NCBI GenBank assembly: GCA_951406725.2
Contig: OX597824.1
Span: forward strand, 87,978,001 to 88,042,000
Source of the DNA: Octopus vulgaris
Lineage: Eukaryota
Length of the DNA: 64,000 nucleotides
Reading direction: 5' to 3'
The notes below the pieces were generated by a model. That model was given only the letters and a program-made list of their open reading frames with translations, was not told the DNA's origin and ran no database searches. Positions within the stretch are counted from its first letter, which is position 1. Each line of letters opens with the position of its first letter. Both the position numbers and the translations under genes were made by a program. Positions 37,201 through 46,620 of the stretch are shown in pieces.

Positions 37201-38019
37201 AACACATTTTCTGGATTCTTTGATATTGAATTTATAACTAATTTTTCTCCTATTTCGCAAGTAAGTTCCGCAGCTATTAGATATTTCAGACTGCTCACCT
37301 GAAACAAAAGAAGAGTTTCCTTTTTCCACAATTTCCAAGGGGTCACAAGGAGTTTTGTAGATTGTGGTGCCAGAAAAAGAAGCATTATTATCTGAACTTT
37401 GAATCAAATCAGACAAATTTTGACTTTTTGGCAATCTAGACTTGGAAATTTGTTGAGTCAGGGTATTACATAAAGATTTTTCTTCAAGAAACTTTTTACC
37501 AAAATCTGAGGTCTTTGATTTGGAATTTACTTTGTTTTTGCTCTCCTTAAGTTGCTTACTCGGAGGTTTAACAGATTTTGGCTGAGATAAATGAATTTTT
37601 TCAGGTTTCGGAGATGGGGTAACATTTTGCAAATGTGAATCTTCATTTTTGGTCTGGGAAGATTTTCTTGCACGTTTCCTGGAACTTTCTGGAGGAGTTA
37701 CGCTCACAGATTCGACGGAAGTGTTTGCTGATATACTCTGTTTTGCGTTTTTTCTAATTAAAGAATAGTCCTTTTTCTGAGGATCGTTAAGTCTTACATA
37801 ATCAATTTGGTTACGGAGTCTAGATCTGCCGGTACCAATTTTCCTCTCAGGAGTTTTAAAATCATTGGAATCATTAAAATTCACTTCAGGTTTTAAAAAC
37901 AAACATTCAGTATTTTTCTCGTTTTCTGTATCTTTACATATTCTTTTTTTAGTAGTTACTTCTTTTGCTTCTTTAGGGATTTTCTTACTTGATTTAGGTG
38001 TTCTCTTCACTCCTACCAT
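31213..38019 (-). CDS. SLX4: Structure-specific endonuclease scaffold SLX4 (FANCP/BTBD12/MUS312-like), single coding exon, ~2268 aa
   Basis: Uninterrupted ORF. First ATG (38019) lies 27 nt after a poly-T/gcag acceptor (exon starts 38046). Domains in order: CCHC UBZ-type fingers (36013-36426), MLR (DDQLELALAMSNSL..LPLL..LW..FYV), BTB (LSSDLCQLVNNSSFSDVQF..GHKIILQIRCP, ~34950-35270), SAP (TPMPDYDKMTTPGLKKEMKKYG..IFIRTHQ, ~31700-31845), C-terminal SBD (FIQTNPDFYRKVLQYEPLDF..LLEYLDNQCITF). Confidence 0.95.
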   Translation of the reverse strand: MVGVKRTPKSSKKIPKEAKEVTTKKRICKDTENEKNTECLFLKPEVNFNDSNDFKTPERKIGTGRSRLRNQIDYVRLNDPQKKDYSLIRKNAKQSISANTSVESVSVTPPESSRKRARKSSQTKNEDSHLQNVTPSPKPEKIHLSQPKSVKPPSKQLKESKNKVNSKSKTSDFGKKFLEEKSLCNTLTQQISKSRLPKSQNLSDLIQSSDNNASFSGTTIYKTPCDPLEIVEKGNSSFVSGEQSEISNSCGTYLRNRRKISYKFNIKESRKCVPTVTSSHVSSVSSSHVLSVTSSHATSVTSSHDLSVTSSCIPSVTSSYAPSVMSSHVPPVMSSHVPSVASSHIPSVTFSHIPNVSSSIVPFVTSSHAPTKLSLHVSTITSSHISPFTSSHVPIETASRVPLVTSSHVPIETASRVPLVTSSHVPIETASRVPLVTSSHVPTGTSSHVFTEVSSHIPNVTSSHISNGTSSHVFSVTPSHVPAEADSHFSTVTSPLVYAITSPIAPTETGFDHGQNKLKLDNDFTEVQMKVCPTCKDDFPVLLFEEHVLQCLKEQFQSSSHKPFDNKTKHSQISQDEILAQKLHEELNENALTTNDSPESDKILCCICKTDLTCLNSLHRTQHINTCIDQAENAKAPPDTLTQSVVICPMCGQQFKSFSLREMHFKSCGRDKFIAPGQHVIANVHGEPSRLTTNKRQPKNRKTSKSKKAPDDQLELALAMSNSLQEEQNKQEEQLSRCIQNIKKEVLKELKNQKNKQLPLLVTLSDEERQECNAGKVANIMNENFENVSLSKRHKHSSLVSTEPSNLWLKSSLTQADSSKLPFYVNSLMPPIEMDVLNVGSRLKHLSRNTESVINRNTTDSADKETDEQPVAPSQTALILAELANDDEPTNGSMHNPVEDKSPNVQKETNEERSTGLLTSLSSDLCQLVNNSSFSDVQFMTADGTKVFGHKIILQIRCPNILNRVSTHLETPTVHLSEVSHDLLIVLLKYIYAGQLNIDETQANNLRMLSQELEMPELFQACEKISKTSVNHNQQSSDFYPSPLKTVDSMIDYLLESSDDDVDNRNICPENPSCDYKILDREKQPQNSQNDDQSTVTKDSAEFQNPTNTSPNVISPSSKVLEKSLNGYSDDNGSNLDYLSNVPVSSQLGSSAQLPEINCDNQPNEPQSNYNIDPLSTDKTDNNPCDVVMTLQKSPSDLTSSQNTPHPPEAEEGFVLNKNVLPSFTSTLPVSTNLPDNSNNNSDNKEQHQLNNAELIEDFSPIHFEDESFNNSPETKSNCDDIATPEKDNLHTPHPPEAEEGFVLNKNVLPSFTSTLPVSTNLPDNSNNNSDNKEQHQLSNAELIEDFSPIHFEDESLNNSPEMKSNCDDIATPKKDNLHNNRENVLSLSDDLSNMSKELFSDEELETAENNKTSIQNSFHNQHEFTSSHQIVENIFPCHKENKPGISEPSFSSHETVSLTKDSDQINNSPNVDNNVADNPVCRIIYTSRSLTSADGSNKELTVPLSLPTETNCNLGEKFGFLNSPAPVFPKTQEVKDINKNLNDDQPETFSQNQNRKRKQSSLSCSPLNRKKAKKDLETEGNSHLTLYKRSSPILDSDNSKLDTSKEVQFSPINSLNSSVNLCNESGSNEVYTVKSETSIITVFNDSYENTHQFKNESDLDISKEAYGDISEINNLQISPKQSNDAESNRESIESASPEKNSSYENDREIYEESFFADDMNETTYGKAHFSVLNSFIQDNPDLYKKILEYEPVDFGVLKKRLGESNIKCSNKKLLEYLENQCITFILEKNKRSRKSCSPQKRKTVKENLNLEASSNLETVARVEESSEKCSLNSSFNISDELYNDEDRKTKQFDGDVTNEAETADLKKLSPNISNDFCSTKEHQVEPSGKPKKKFVFKKITAKSIICSSTGNKSVDVGNPDSLVKSFTGPSASDKKITNCENLQSNHNVTNDVWGQFSDDNFDDMVPFSPVPSHSNVNLDSSKDKLDLPPAAEQNLAPSSSHDCSYTSMMEDIKNLSCLGSELNCTLSDSFENIDLKGNTEAKFQTPANYREKEQSILSPFTPMPDYDKMTTPGLKKEMKKYGCKARPKKNMIKVLKDIFIRTHQYKSDSEHDTSRDTNKEISETNRFQVSSPEPRDPKTDKESAESISPINISSFENDGVVIYEENYIANEAEEVTSSQQANGEILFSKVNAFIQTNPDFYRKVLQYEPLDFDVLKKTLEESNIKCPANKLLEYLDNQCITFVLNKDKQTKRKPQRGTGRPRRGKKV
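33883..34410 (-). repeat. In-frame 264-bp (88-aa) tandem duplication within the SLX4 CDS
   Basis: TPHPPEAEEG...DNLH twice; copies 34147-34410 and 33883-34146 differ by 4 aa. Confidence 0.95.
36500..37200 (-). repeat. Coding minisatellite (24-bp / 8-aa VTSSHVPS-type units; 48-bp unit x3) within SLX4
   Basis: Repeated ACATGTGAAGATGTAAC on + strand; TSSHVPIETASRVPLV x3. Confidence 0.92.
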
Positions 38020-39096
38020 GGTTAAAATGAAAAATGAAAAAAGGAGCTGCAAAAAAAAAAAAAATATATTAATTAATAAATAAATAAAAGCAAGATGTCG
38101 TTAAATTTTTTTAAATAAGGGCAAAAAGAAATTCAGAAAAAAATAAAACTGAACAAAAAAAACTACATATTTATAAATTTAAAGAAACTAACATTCGTTT
38201 TTTTTATACATGATCCCTATTGATCGGCCCTGCTTTTTTTCTTTTTTTTTTCCACGATCCCTTTTGATCGGAATCCCCCTCTTTTTATTTCACGATCCCT
38301 TTTGATTGAAATTCGCACCCCCTTTTTTTTCACGATCCCTTTAGACTGGAATTCGCCCTCCCCTTTTTTACCCCCTTCTCTTGTTCCCAAAAAGAAAAGC
38401 TCTACTTTGTATTTTGTCCCTTCTGTGTCTAGCCCTGCATGGCCAATAAAGAAATCTATAAGCGTCGAAATGTTTTATTGTAAGATAGAATTAGGATGAT
38501 AATTTATTTTCAAATGCAGAATCGCTGTCAGAACAAGAGAAATATGGGGTAAATTACTCTTACAAAATGGAAAAATTTGTCAACAAACAGCCATGGGACT
38601 CAAACCCACATCCTTCAATGACTGGCCGAGTGCTATACCATTAAGCTAAACTGCCTGCTGACAAATTAATCTGCAAACTTAGATGCTATAAAGTTAAAGC
38701 ACAACTACATGTTTATAAACAACATGTTTATAAACAACTACATGTTTATAAACTACATGTTTATAAACAAAATAACATTTTTTTTTATAAGCATCAAAAC
38801 ATGTATAAGATACAAATAAATTATCATCTTATTTGAACAAAAAACATTATTCTTCATTGCTCTATCTTTTTTACATCATTTATTCAATCAACGAAGTCAC
38901 TTTAAAGTTAACTCCTAATTTCTAAGTGTTGATCAAATGCAGCATACAACTGACGGTACAGTATTTATTTTAGATTCAAATTAGGCAATAAAAGCTGCTC
39001 CATAATGAAAACATTATCAAGACAACTTACTTAATGTACATGTGTTATTTAAACGCCAAAAGTTGTGGTTTTTTGTCCAGGGAAAAATCCCTTTAA

Positions 39097-39316
39097 CCTT
39101 TTAGCATTCAGATTAATTTGTCAAAAGTAATCCTTATTTATTCATATTTTTAAAAAATTACCTGATATTATTTTGTACCTTCAAGATAGGAAAGATGTAA
39201 TTGCTTATTTTTAGAGTGACACTACAGGGTAGGTGTGAGATGCATGTTCTGGCCAGTTTGAACATAAAATGTATAGAATATTTGGGCCGGATATAGCCGG
39301 TTTAAACACTAAAGGG
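39097..39316. mobile_element. piggyBac-type MITE, second family; fragments at ~7870-7993, 24450-24818, 27721-27800
   Basis: TTAA|CCTTTTAGCATT...CACTAAAGGG|TTAA. Confidence 0.72.
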
Positions 39317-39350
39317 TTAAAGATGTATAATGTTAAAAAAATATAATATA

Positions 39351-39904
39351 CAGGATGGACCAAAATGACCTGACACATTTGGAGGCTTAATAAAAGCACA
39401 AAATAAGAAATAAGGAAAAGAAAAATATTATTTTCTGAATGTACATATAATGCCATTTTATTTCATTAAGTTTTAAAAATTAAATCAGCTAAATGCTTCC
39501 ATCATTGTCAACACACTGTTGGAGACATTCATGAAAGTTATCGATAACTCTATGGCTCATTTCTGCTGGAATGGTTAAATGTGATTTCTTCTTTTGGGGA
39601 TATTTAAAATCAAAAGTATTCAGTCATCGCCCTCGGTCTATTGATGAATTAAAACGCGCAATTTGTGTAGAAATAGCAACCATTCCAGAAGAAATGATCC
39701 ATAGAGTTATCGATAACTTTCATGAGCATCTCCAACAGTGTGTTGACAATGATGGGAAGCATTTAGCTGATTTAATTTTTAAAACTTAATGAAGTAAAAT
39801 GGCATTATATGTACATTCAGAAAATAAAATTTTTCTTTTCATTATTTCTTGTTTTGTGCTTTTATTAAGCCTCCAAATGTGTCAGATCATTTTGGTCCAC
39901 CCTG
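39351..39904. mobile_element. Fold-back Tc1/mariner-superfamily derivative with ~226-bp inverted arms
   Basis: TA|CAGG.TGGACCAAAATGA...TCATTTTGGTCCACCCTG|TA; + strand encodes transposase C-terminus CDFFFWGYLKSKVF..IDELKRAI..LQQCVDNDGKHL. Confidence 0.88.
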
Positions 39905-40165
39905 TATTTCAGAGTTAGGCAGAATGAAATTGCGTCAGAAGTGATTACGAGAGCAACAGATATGCATTTCATCATAGTTGCGGCTTATCAATGTCACATA
40001 CTCATGGCGTTTCCAAAACAGAATCGAATCTACTAGTCTGAAATATATACAGATAGAGCATAAACTATCTGCTGGTTTGCAATGACACCACATAAGCAGA
40101 ATAAATTCAAATTATGCATAAGAAGCAGCTCTATGATAAAAACAGTATCAATACAACATACTTAA

Positions 40166-40566
40166 GGCGGCGAGCTGGCAGAAGCGTTAGCACGCCGGGC
40201 AAAATGCTTAGCAGTATTTCGTCTGCCGTTACGTTCTGAGTTCAAATTCCGCCAAGGTCGACTTTGCCTTTCATCCTTTCGGGGTCGATGAATTAAGTAC
40301 CAGTAACGCACTGGGGTCGATATAATCAACTTAATCAGTTTGTCTGTCCTTGTTTCTCCCCTCTATGTTTAGCCCCTTGTGGGAAGTAAAGAAATAGGTA
40401 TTTCATCTGTCTTTATGTTCTGAGTTCCAATTCCGCTGAGGTCGACTTTGCCTTTCATTCTTTTGGTGGTCGATAAATTAAGTACCAGTTGCGTACTGGG
40501 ATCAATTTAATTGACTGGCCCCCCCTCCCCAAACATTTCGGGCCTTGTGCCTAGAGTAGAAAAGAA
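40166..40566 (+). mobile_element. SINE family A
   Basis: Head plus two cores; TSD AACATACTTAA. Confidence 0.9.
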
Positions 40567-41242
40567 CATACTTAAATCTCATTTTGTTACATAAATTTGG
40601 TGTCTTCTAAATTTTTAGAATGTTACCATTTTATGTAGAATGCTTTTTAGCTTGAAAGTTTGAAAATTACACTTTTGTTGTGTTAAAAAACAATATACCT
40701 CAGAGGCAGGCAAAATGAAATGACCCCAGAAGTGATCACAAAAGCAACAGATATACATTTCAACACAGTAGCCGTTTATCAATGTTATATACTCTTGACA
40801 CTTCTGAAACAAAATCAAATCTACTATTTATTTTATGTATACAGGCGCAGGAGTGGCTGTGTGGTAAGTAGCTTGCTAACCAACCACATGGTTCTGGGTT
40901 CAGTCCCACTTCGTGGCACCTTGGGCAAGTATCTTCTACTATAGCCTCGGGCCGACCAAAGCCTTGTGAGTGGATTTGGTAGATGGAAACTGAAAGAAGC
41001 CCGTCGTATATATGTATATATATATGTATGCGTGTGTGTTTGTCCCCCTAGCATTGCTTGACAACCGATGCTGGTATGTTTATGTCCCCGTCACTTAGCA
41101 GTTCGGCAAAAGAGACCGATAGAATAAGTACTGGGCTTACAAAGAATAAGTCCCGGGGTCGAGTTGCTCGATTAAAGGCAGTGCTCCAGCATGGCCGCAG
41201 TCAAAATGACTGAAACAAGTAAAAAAGAAAAAAAGAAAAAGA

Positions 41243-41640
41243 GGGTGGGATGAGCAAATTGTTGCGATTTTATATTTTTAATTTTGCGTGTGTGCATTGT
41301 TTATTTTTGATTTTGTTGACTACACAGTATAATAGGGTCAGTTGGGCACTGTCTTTGAGAAAAACAGCACCATGAAGCAATTCACTCTGCCAGAAATTTG
41401 GAAACGACATACTGTACTGCTTGGCAGTCATACCAGAAGCTCCAATACAACCATTTCAGAATATTTGGATGTCAATCTGAGGATATGTACCGAGAGTGAT
41501 AAAAATCAAACATCCAGTCAACATCATGGTGTTTGGAGTGATCACTAGTGATGACGACGTTATGCCTCCATTCATCTTCCCACACGGCCTCAGACTCAAT
41601 ACAAAGGCCTACATCAAGTGCCTGGAGGAGGTAGGGCTGA
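41243..41640 (+). pseudogene. Internally deleted Tc1/mariner-superfamily (maT/DD37D-like by inference) transposase relic
   Basis: N-terminal MKQFTLPEIWKRH.. fused to VPRVIKIKHPVNIMVFGVITSDDDVMPPFIFPHGLRLNTKAYIKCLEEV. Confidence 0.65.
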
Positions 41641-44559
41641 ATATATGAAGAGCTTACTTTCAAAACCAGATAGATACATTGGAATGACTTTTGAGTAACT
41701 GAGGGAATTTAGTGTCTAAATATATCTGATTTTGATTGAAAGACTAAGATTCACCTACACTTTTACTTGTTTCAGTCATTTGACTGCGGCCATGCTGGAG
41801 CACTGCCTTTAGTCGAGCAAATCGACCCCAGGACTTATTCTTTGTAAGCATAGTACTTATTCTATCGGTCTCTTTTTGCCGATCCGCTAAGTTACGGGGG
41901 ACGTAAACACACCAGCATCGGTTGTCAAGCGATGTTGGGGGAACAAACACAGACACATATACACACACACATATATATATATATATATACATATATACAT
42001 ATACACGACGGGCTTCTTTCAGTTTCCGTCTACCAAATCCACTCACAAGGCTTTGGTCGGCCCGAGGCTATAGTAGAAGACACTTGCCCAAGGTGCCATG
42101 CAGTGGGACTGAACCTGGAACCAAGTGGTTGGTAAGCAAGCTACTTACCACACAGCCGCTCCTACGCCTGTCTATAAGGCATATATCCCAGTTTGACTGA
42201 AAAGAATTTCATGTGCGTGAAACCAGTAGCTTGCAGATTGTGTTTTAAAGGATATTATGAAATTGACCAACTATGCATGTCTACCAGTTTTGAAAGTAAG
42301 CTCCTCATATGACACATAAATATAGATTCAGTAGTTTTCAATAGAAAGTTTTATTACTCTAAAATTTTCATGTATAAAGAAGTTAGTTTTACTCTCATGA
42401 CAATGAACTATAAAAGCATAAACTTTCAAATCAAATGGCAAACAGCATAAACTGGTAATATTCTGAAAATTTAGAAAACATCAAGTTTATGTAAACAAAA
42501 TGAAATAAAAATACGGACATCCCCACAATTCAGAAGGGTCCATGAAACAAATTCTTCAGTAATAGGAAAATGGATATGTGTTTTCTGTCATAGGATCTAC
42601 ATGTCTGGGAAATAAACAATTAGGGCCAGATATCATCATCATCATCATTTAACGTCCGCTTTCCATGCTAGCATGGGTTGGATGATTTGACTGAGGTCTG
42701 GCGAACCAGACTTTAATCTGATCTGGCAGAGTTTCTACAGCTGGATGCCCTTCCTAACGCCAACCACTCCGAGAGTGTAGTGGCTGCTTTTATGTGCCAC
42801 CGGCACGAGGGCCAGTTTGGTGGTGCTGGCAACAGCCACACTCAAATGGTGCTTTTTATATGTCACCTACACAGGAGCCAATCCAGCGGCACTGGTGACG
42901 ACCTCGCTCGAATGTTTCATGTGCCACCAGCACAAGTGCTAGTAAGGTGACGCAGTAACGATCACGCTTGAATGATGTGTTTAATGTGCCATCAGCACAA
43001 AGGCCAGCTTGTTGCTCTGGCAACAATCTCACTCATATAGTACTCTTAGTGCTCCACTATCAACGGATGCCAGTCACCGAGTTTGATTGATTTCACTTGC
43101 CTCAACTGGTCTTCGCAAGCAGAGTTTAGTGTCCAATGAAGAAAAGGCACGCATAAGTGAGTTAAACACTAAAGGATTATATCAGTGGTGTTATTGTCAC
43201 AGAGGAAGTTAATGAGAGTTTGTAAGAATAATTGCTTAACGAGAATAGATCGGTTAAATCATTTGAATTCACCTTTTGACCTGGCTAACATCTCCTATTC
43301 ACAGGGCTACTTTCATTTTCATAAGACACTGGAAACAAAGAAACACCACAAACTTCTGAGTTTCATATTGTCTGAAGTGAAGCTGTTCTGAATGCTAATT
43401 CTTCATTTTGTTTATACGTAATCCTTATGTTAGCATGCATGACTTAGTTTTTAGTTTCTTGGCATTAATTGATCCAATAATAATTATTTTTATATAAATT
43501 TTTGTATGAAATCATCATCATCATCATTGTTTGACGTCCGTTTTCCGTGCTATGAAATAGTTTTAGAATCAACAGGATGTTTGTGTTTACGTTGAAGTTC
43601 ACTTGAACAGATTTTCAGAGTAATGCCTAAAAAGAAAAAAGACCTTTGTTGCAGAGATAAAACATTATTTTTATCTCTTCATTCTGGAAGTTTTACATTT
43701 GAAACGACCTTTGCCTAATGCTGTCATTATCCATACATCATCCACCAGTCCTTCACCTTGAAAAATTTCAAGATTTCTGAATATGAAGTGTTTCCCTTTT
43801 TTACTGCCCCTGGATCTTGTTGTGCTGTGTACATACTGTATGAAACAACAATCTCTTACATCATCATCATTTTAGTATCCATTCTTCCATACTTGCAAAA
43901 GTTGGACAGTATTTATTGACCCAGTTTCTACAACTGGATGCCTTTCCTGCCACCAACCTTCACCTGTTTCCAAGTACTTTCAATAAATTCCTAGTCTAGA
44001 GTTCCTCCTCTTGAACATACTGCAATAGCTTCTTTAATCAAAGCTCTGCAATTAATTTTAATTTCCTAGCACTGCTTTGTTCTCTGCTCTGTTGTCATTT
44101 TGCAATAATCTCAAAAGATTATTGCTTTTCTTTCTATTTTCTTTTTTTCTTTTATTACTTGTTTCAGTCATTTGACTGTGGCCATGCTGGGGCACCGCCT
44201 TTAATCAAACAACTCAACCCCGGGACTTATTCTTTGTAACCCCAGTACTTATTCTATCGGTCTCTTTTGCCGAACCGCTAAGTGACGGGGACATAAACAC
44301 ACCAGCATCGGTTGTCAAGCAATGCTAGGGACCAAACACAGACACACAAACATACACGCACATTAATATATATACATATATACGACGAGCTTCTTTCAGT
44401 TTCCGTCTACCAAATCCACTCACAAGGCTTTGGTCGACCCGAGGCTATAGTAGAAGACACTTGCCCAAGGTGCCATGCAGTGGGACTGAACCTGGAACCA
44501 TGTGGTTGGTAAACAAGCTACTTACCACACAGCCACTTCTGCGCCTATTTTTGGTTTTG

Positions 44560-45300
44560 CTTTTTAATACAATTTTGTCCCAAACTAGGCTTGAGGCCAC
44601 CATAACATATACAAAGAAGGCAAAGAAGAGGCCTACAAATTCAAAAGATGTCAATTGACAGAAAGCTTAAAGGACAGAATATCAAAGACCAGAGGGAAAC
44701 AAAAGGATGGTAGTGAGTTCCAGAGAGCAGCAATCCTAAGAAAGAAGCTATTGGAATAAAAGGACTTATTATTAACAGCAAGGTCAACAGAGAAATGGGA
44801 AAAGGAGAGACATCATGTTTAAAGGTCTTGATAAAGGGTACTAGACTAAGGCGTCGAGCTGGCTGAAACGTTAGCACGCCGGGCGAAATGCTTAGCAATA
44901 TTTCGTCTGCCGTTACATTCTGAGTTCAAATTCTGCCAAGGTCGACTTTGCCTTTCATCCTTTCGGGGTCGATAAATTAAGTACCAGTTACGCACTGGGG
45001 TCGATGTAATCGACTTAATACTTATGTCTGTCCCTGTTTGTCCCCTCTAGGTACTAGACTAGAAAGTTCATTAGAGCAATGACCATGAAAATACTTAAGG
45101 AAAAGACACAACAAAGATACATTTCGATGATCAGCCAAAAACCTCCAACCAAGTAGAAAGAAGAGGACCCGTGTTAACATCTTGATCCCGAATTCTATCA
45201 AGAATGTAAACACCCGGAAGAGGTTGTTGCTATTAGGATTTGTCGTAATGTGTAGGATGACAGTGTAAAAGCAGACGCAAATAAAATATATTTATTTTTA
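44560..45300 (-). pseudogene. Degraded LINE (CR1/L2-type) ORF2 C-terminal relic interrupted by SINE family A (44850-45049, TSD GGTACTAGACTA)
   Basis: HRNVSLLCLFLKYFHGHCSNELSSLVP resembles the CR1/L2 post-RT motif; TSD at 44837-48 and 45050-61. Confidence 0.6.
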
Positions 45301-45394
45301 TGTGTCTAATCATTATTTGGGTTGAAAACATTGAGGGAACGATCTTAGACAAATGGTAAGATATCTTGAATGTTTCTGTGAAACTTATGCACGT

Positions 45395-45797
45395 GTGAGC
45401 TGGCAGAAACGTTAAGCACGCCGGGTGAAATGCTCAGCGGTATTTCGTCTGCTGTTATGTTCTGAGTTCAAATTCCGCCGAGGTCGACTTTGCTTTTCAT
45501 CCTTTCGGACTCGATTAAATAAGTACCAGTTACGCACTGGGGTCGATGTAATCGACTTAATCCGTTTGTCTGTCTTTGTTTGTCCTCTCTGTGTTTAGCC
45601 CCTTGTGGGTAGTAAAGAAATAGGTATTTCGTCTGCCGTTACGTTCTGAGTTCAAATTCCGCCGAGGTCGACTTTGCCTTTCATCCTTTCGGGGTCGATA
45701 AATTAAGTACCAGTTACGCACTGGGGTCGATGTAATCGACTTGATCCGTTTGTCTGTCCCCTTTGTGTTTAGCCCCTTGTGGGTAGTAAAGAAATAG
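45395..45797 (+). mobile_element. SINE family A (double body)
   Basis: Head plus two cores. Confidence 0.9.
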
Positions 45798-46239
45798 GTT
45801 ATCATTTGAACTGAAAATCCTGAGAGAGCGAAAGAGTACAATGTTGCTTTTCGTTATATAAAGTGAAACAAGGATGAACGGGGTTGCACAATAATCATTT
45901 CACAATTACTCGTTTCTTGTTTAATGAATTTATTGCCTGGAAAAAAACATTCCTAACGGACATAACCTTAGATTCAGAACAAAAAGAGTTGACTTACAGT
46001 TGAATGGAATCCGTCGCAGTGTTGATGTTGATGTGGTTATTTAATTGGGTTTTTGGCATCACATTCGATAAAAACAACTGTCGTTGGCCAGAGATGGCTA
46101 ATTCCTGGACATGACGATCACTTAAATTGTACAGAAGTACAGTTGCTTAGAATATTAATAACGATAAGGAAATGCATAAGTCAAAGAAGGTGTTTCCCTC
46201 TTGATCTCTGTCTGTGATAGGAATATACTGGCAGGTTAT

Positions 46240-46620
46240 TCTTTACGATATCGATACACTGGTGCATTATGCTTGCTTTTCGGATCTAGATGAGATCTCT
46301 ACTTAAGATATGCTTTAAAAAAAAGATGATATTAATAAAAAAAAACAGAATCGGAGGAAATTTAGAAAATACATTAAACTTCCCGGTTTTTGTTTGTTTT
46401 GAACGATTATTACGCATGCGTGTTTACACGGTGTATCTTAAAATAGTTCCTGCATATAAAATACTCCACTTCAGGCAAGTCGATAGGTAAAAGCAGCGAA
46501 GTTAGATAATGATTCTCTGCAATTGACACATTGCAGGTCGTAGACTTGGTATTAAAATCTAGCCACTTCTGATTATAACTGTAATTGATATCAAGTTTTT
46601 CCCCCGGCTGCGGGAGAAAT
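46240..46620 (-). promoter_or_regulatory. Candidate SLX4 promoter region
   Basis: Repeat-free, CpG-enriched stretch upstream of a - strand GTAAGT donor (45997); DRE-like TATCGATA at 46249-46256; NRF1-like palindrome ACGCATGCGT at 46412-46421. Confidence 0.4.

Noticed and set aside
36465-37385. Overlapping 306-aa (-) and 205-aa (+) ORFs inside SLX4
   Set aside because: By-products of the stop-poor 24-bp coding repeat; no independent coding signal
38020-38052. ORF-track N-terminus MQLLFSFFILT for SLX4
   Set aside because: Starts at a TTG within the splice acceptor; the first ATG is at 38019
38589-38656. tRNA-like sequence on the - strand
   Set aside because: A/B boxes present but stems mispaired; more likely a decayed SINE head than a tRNA gene
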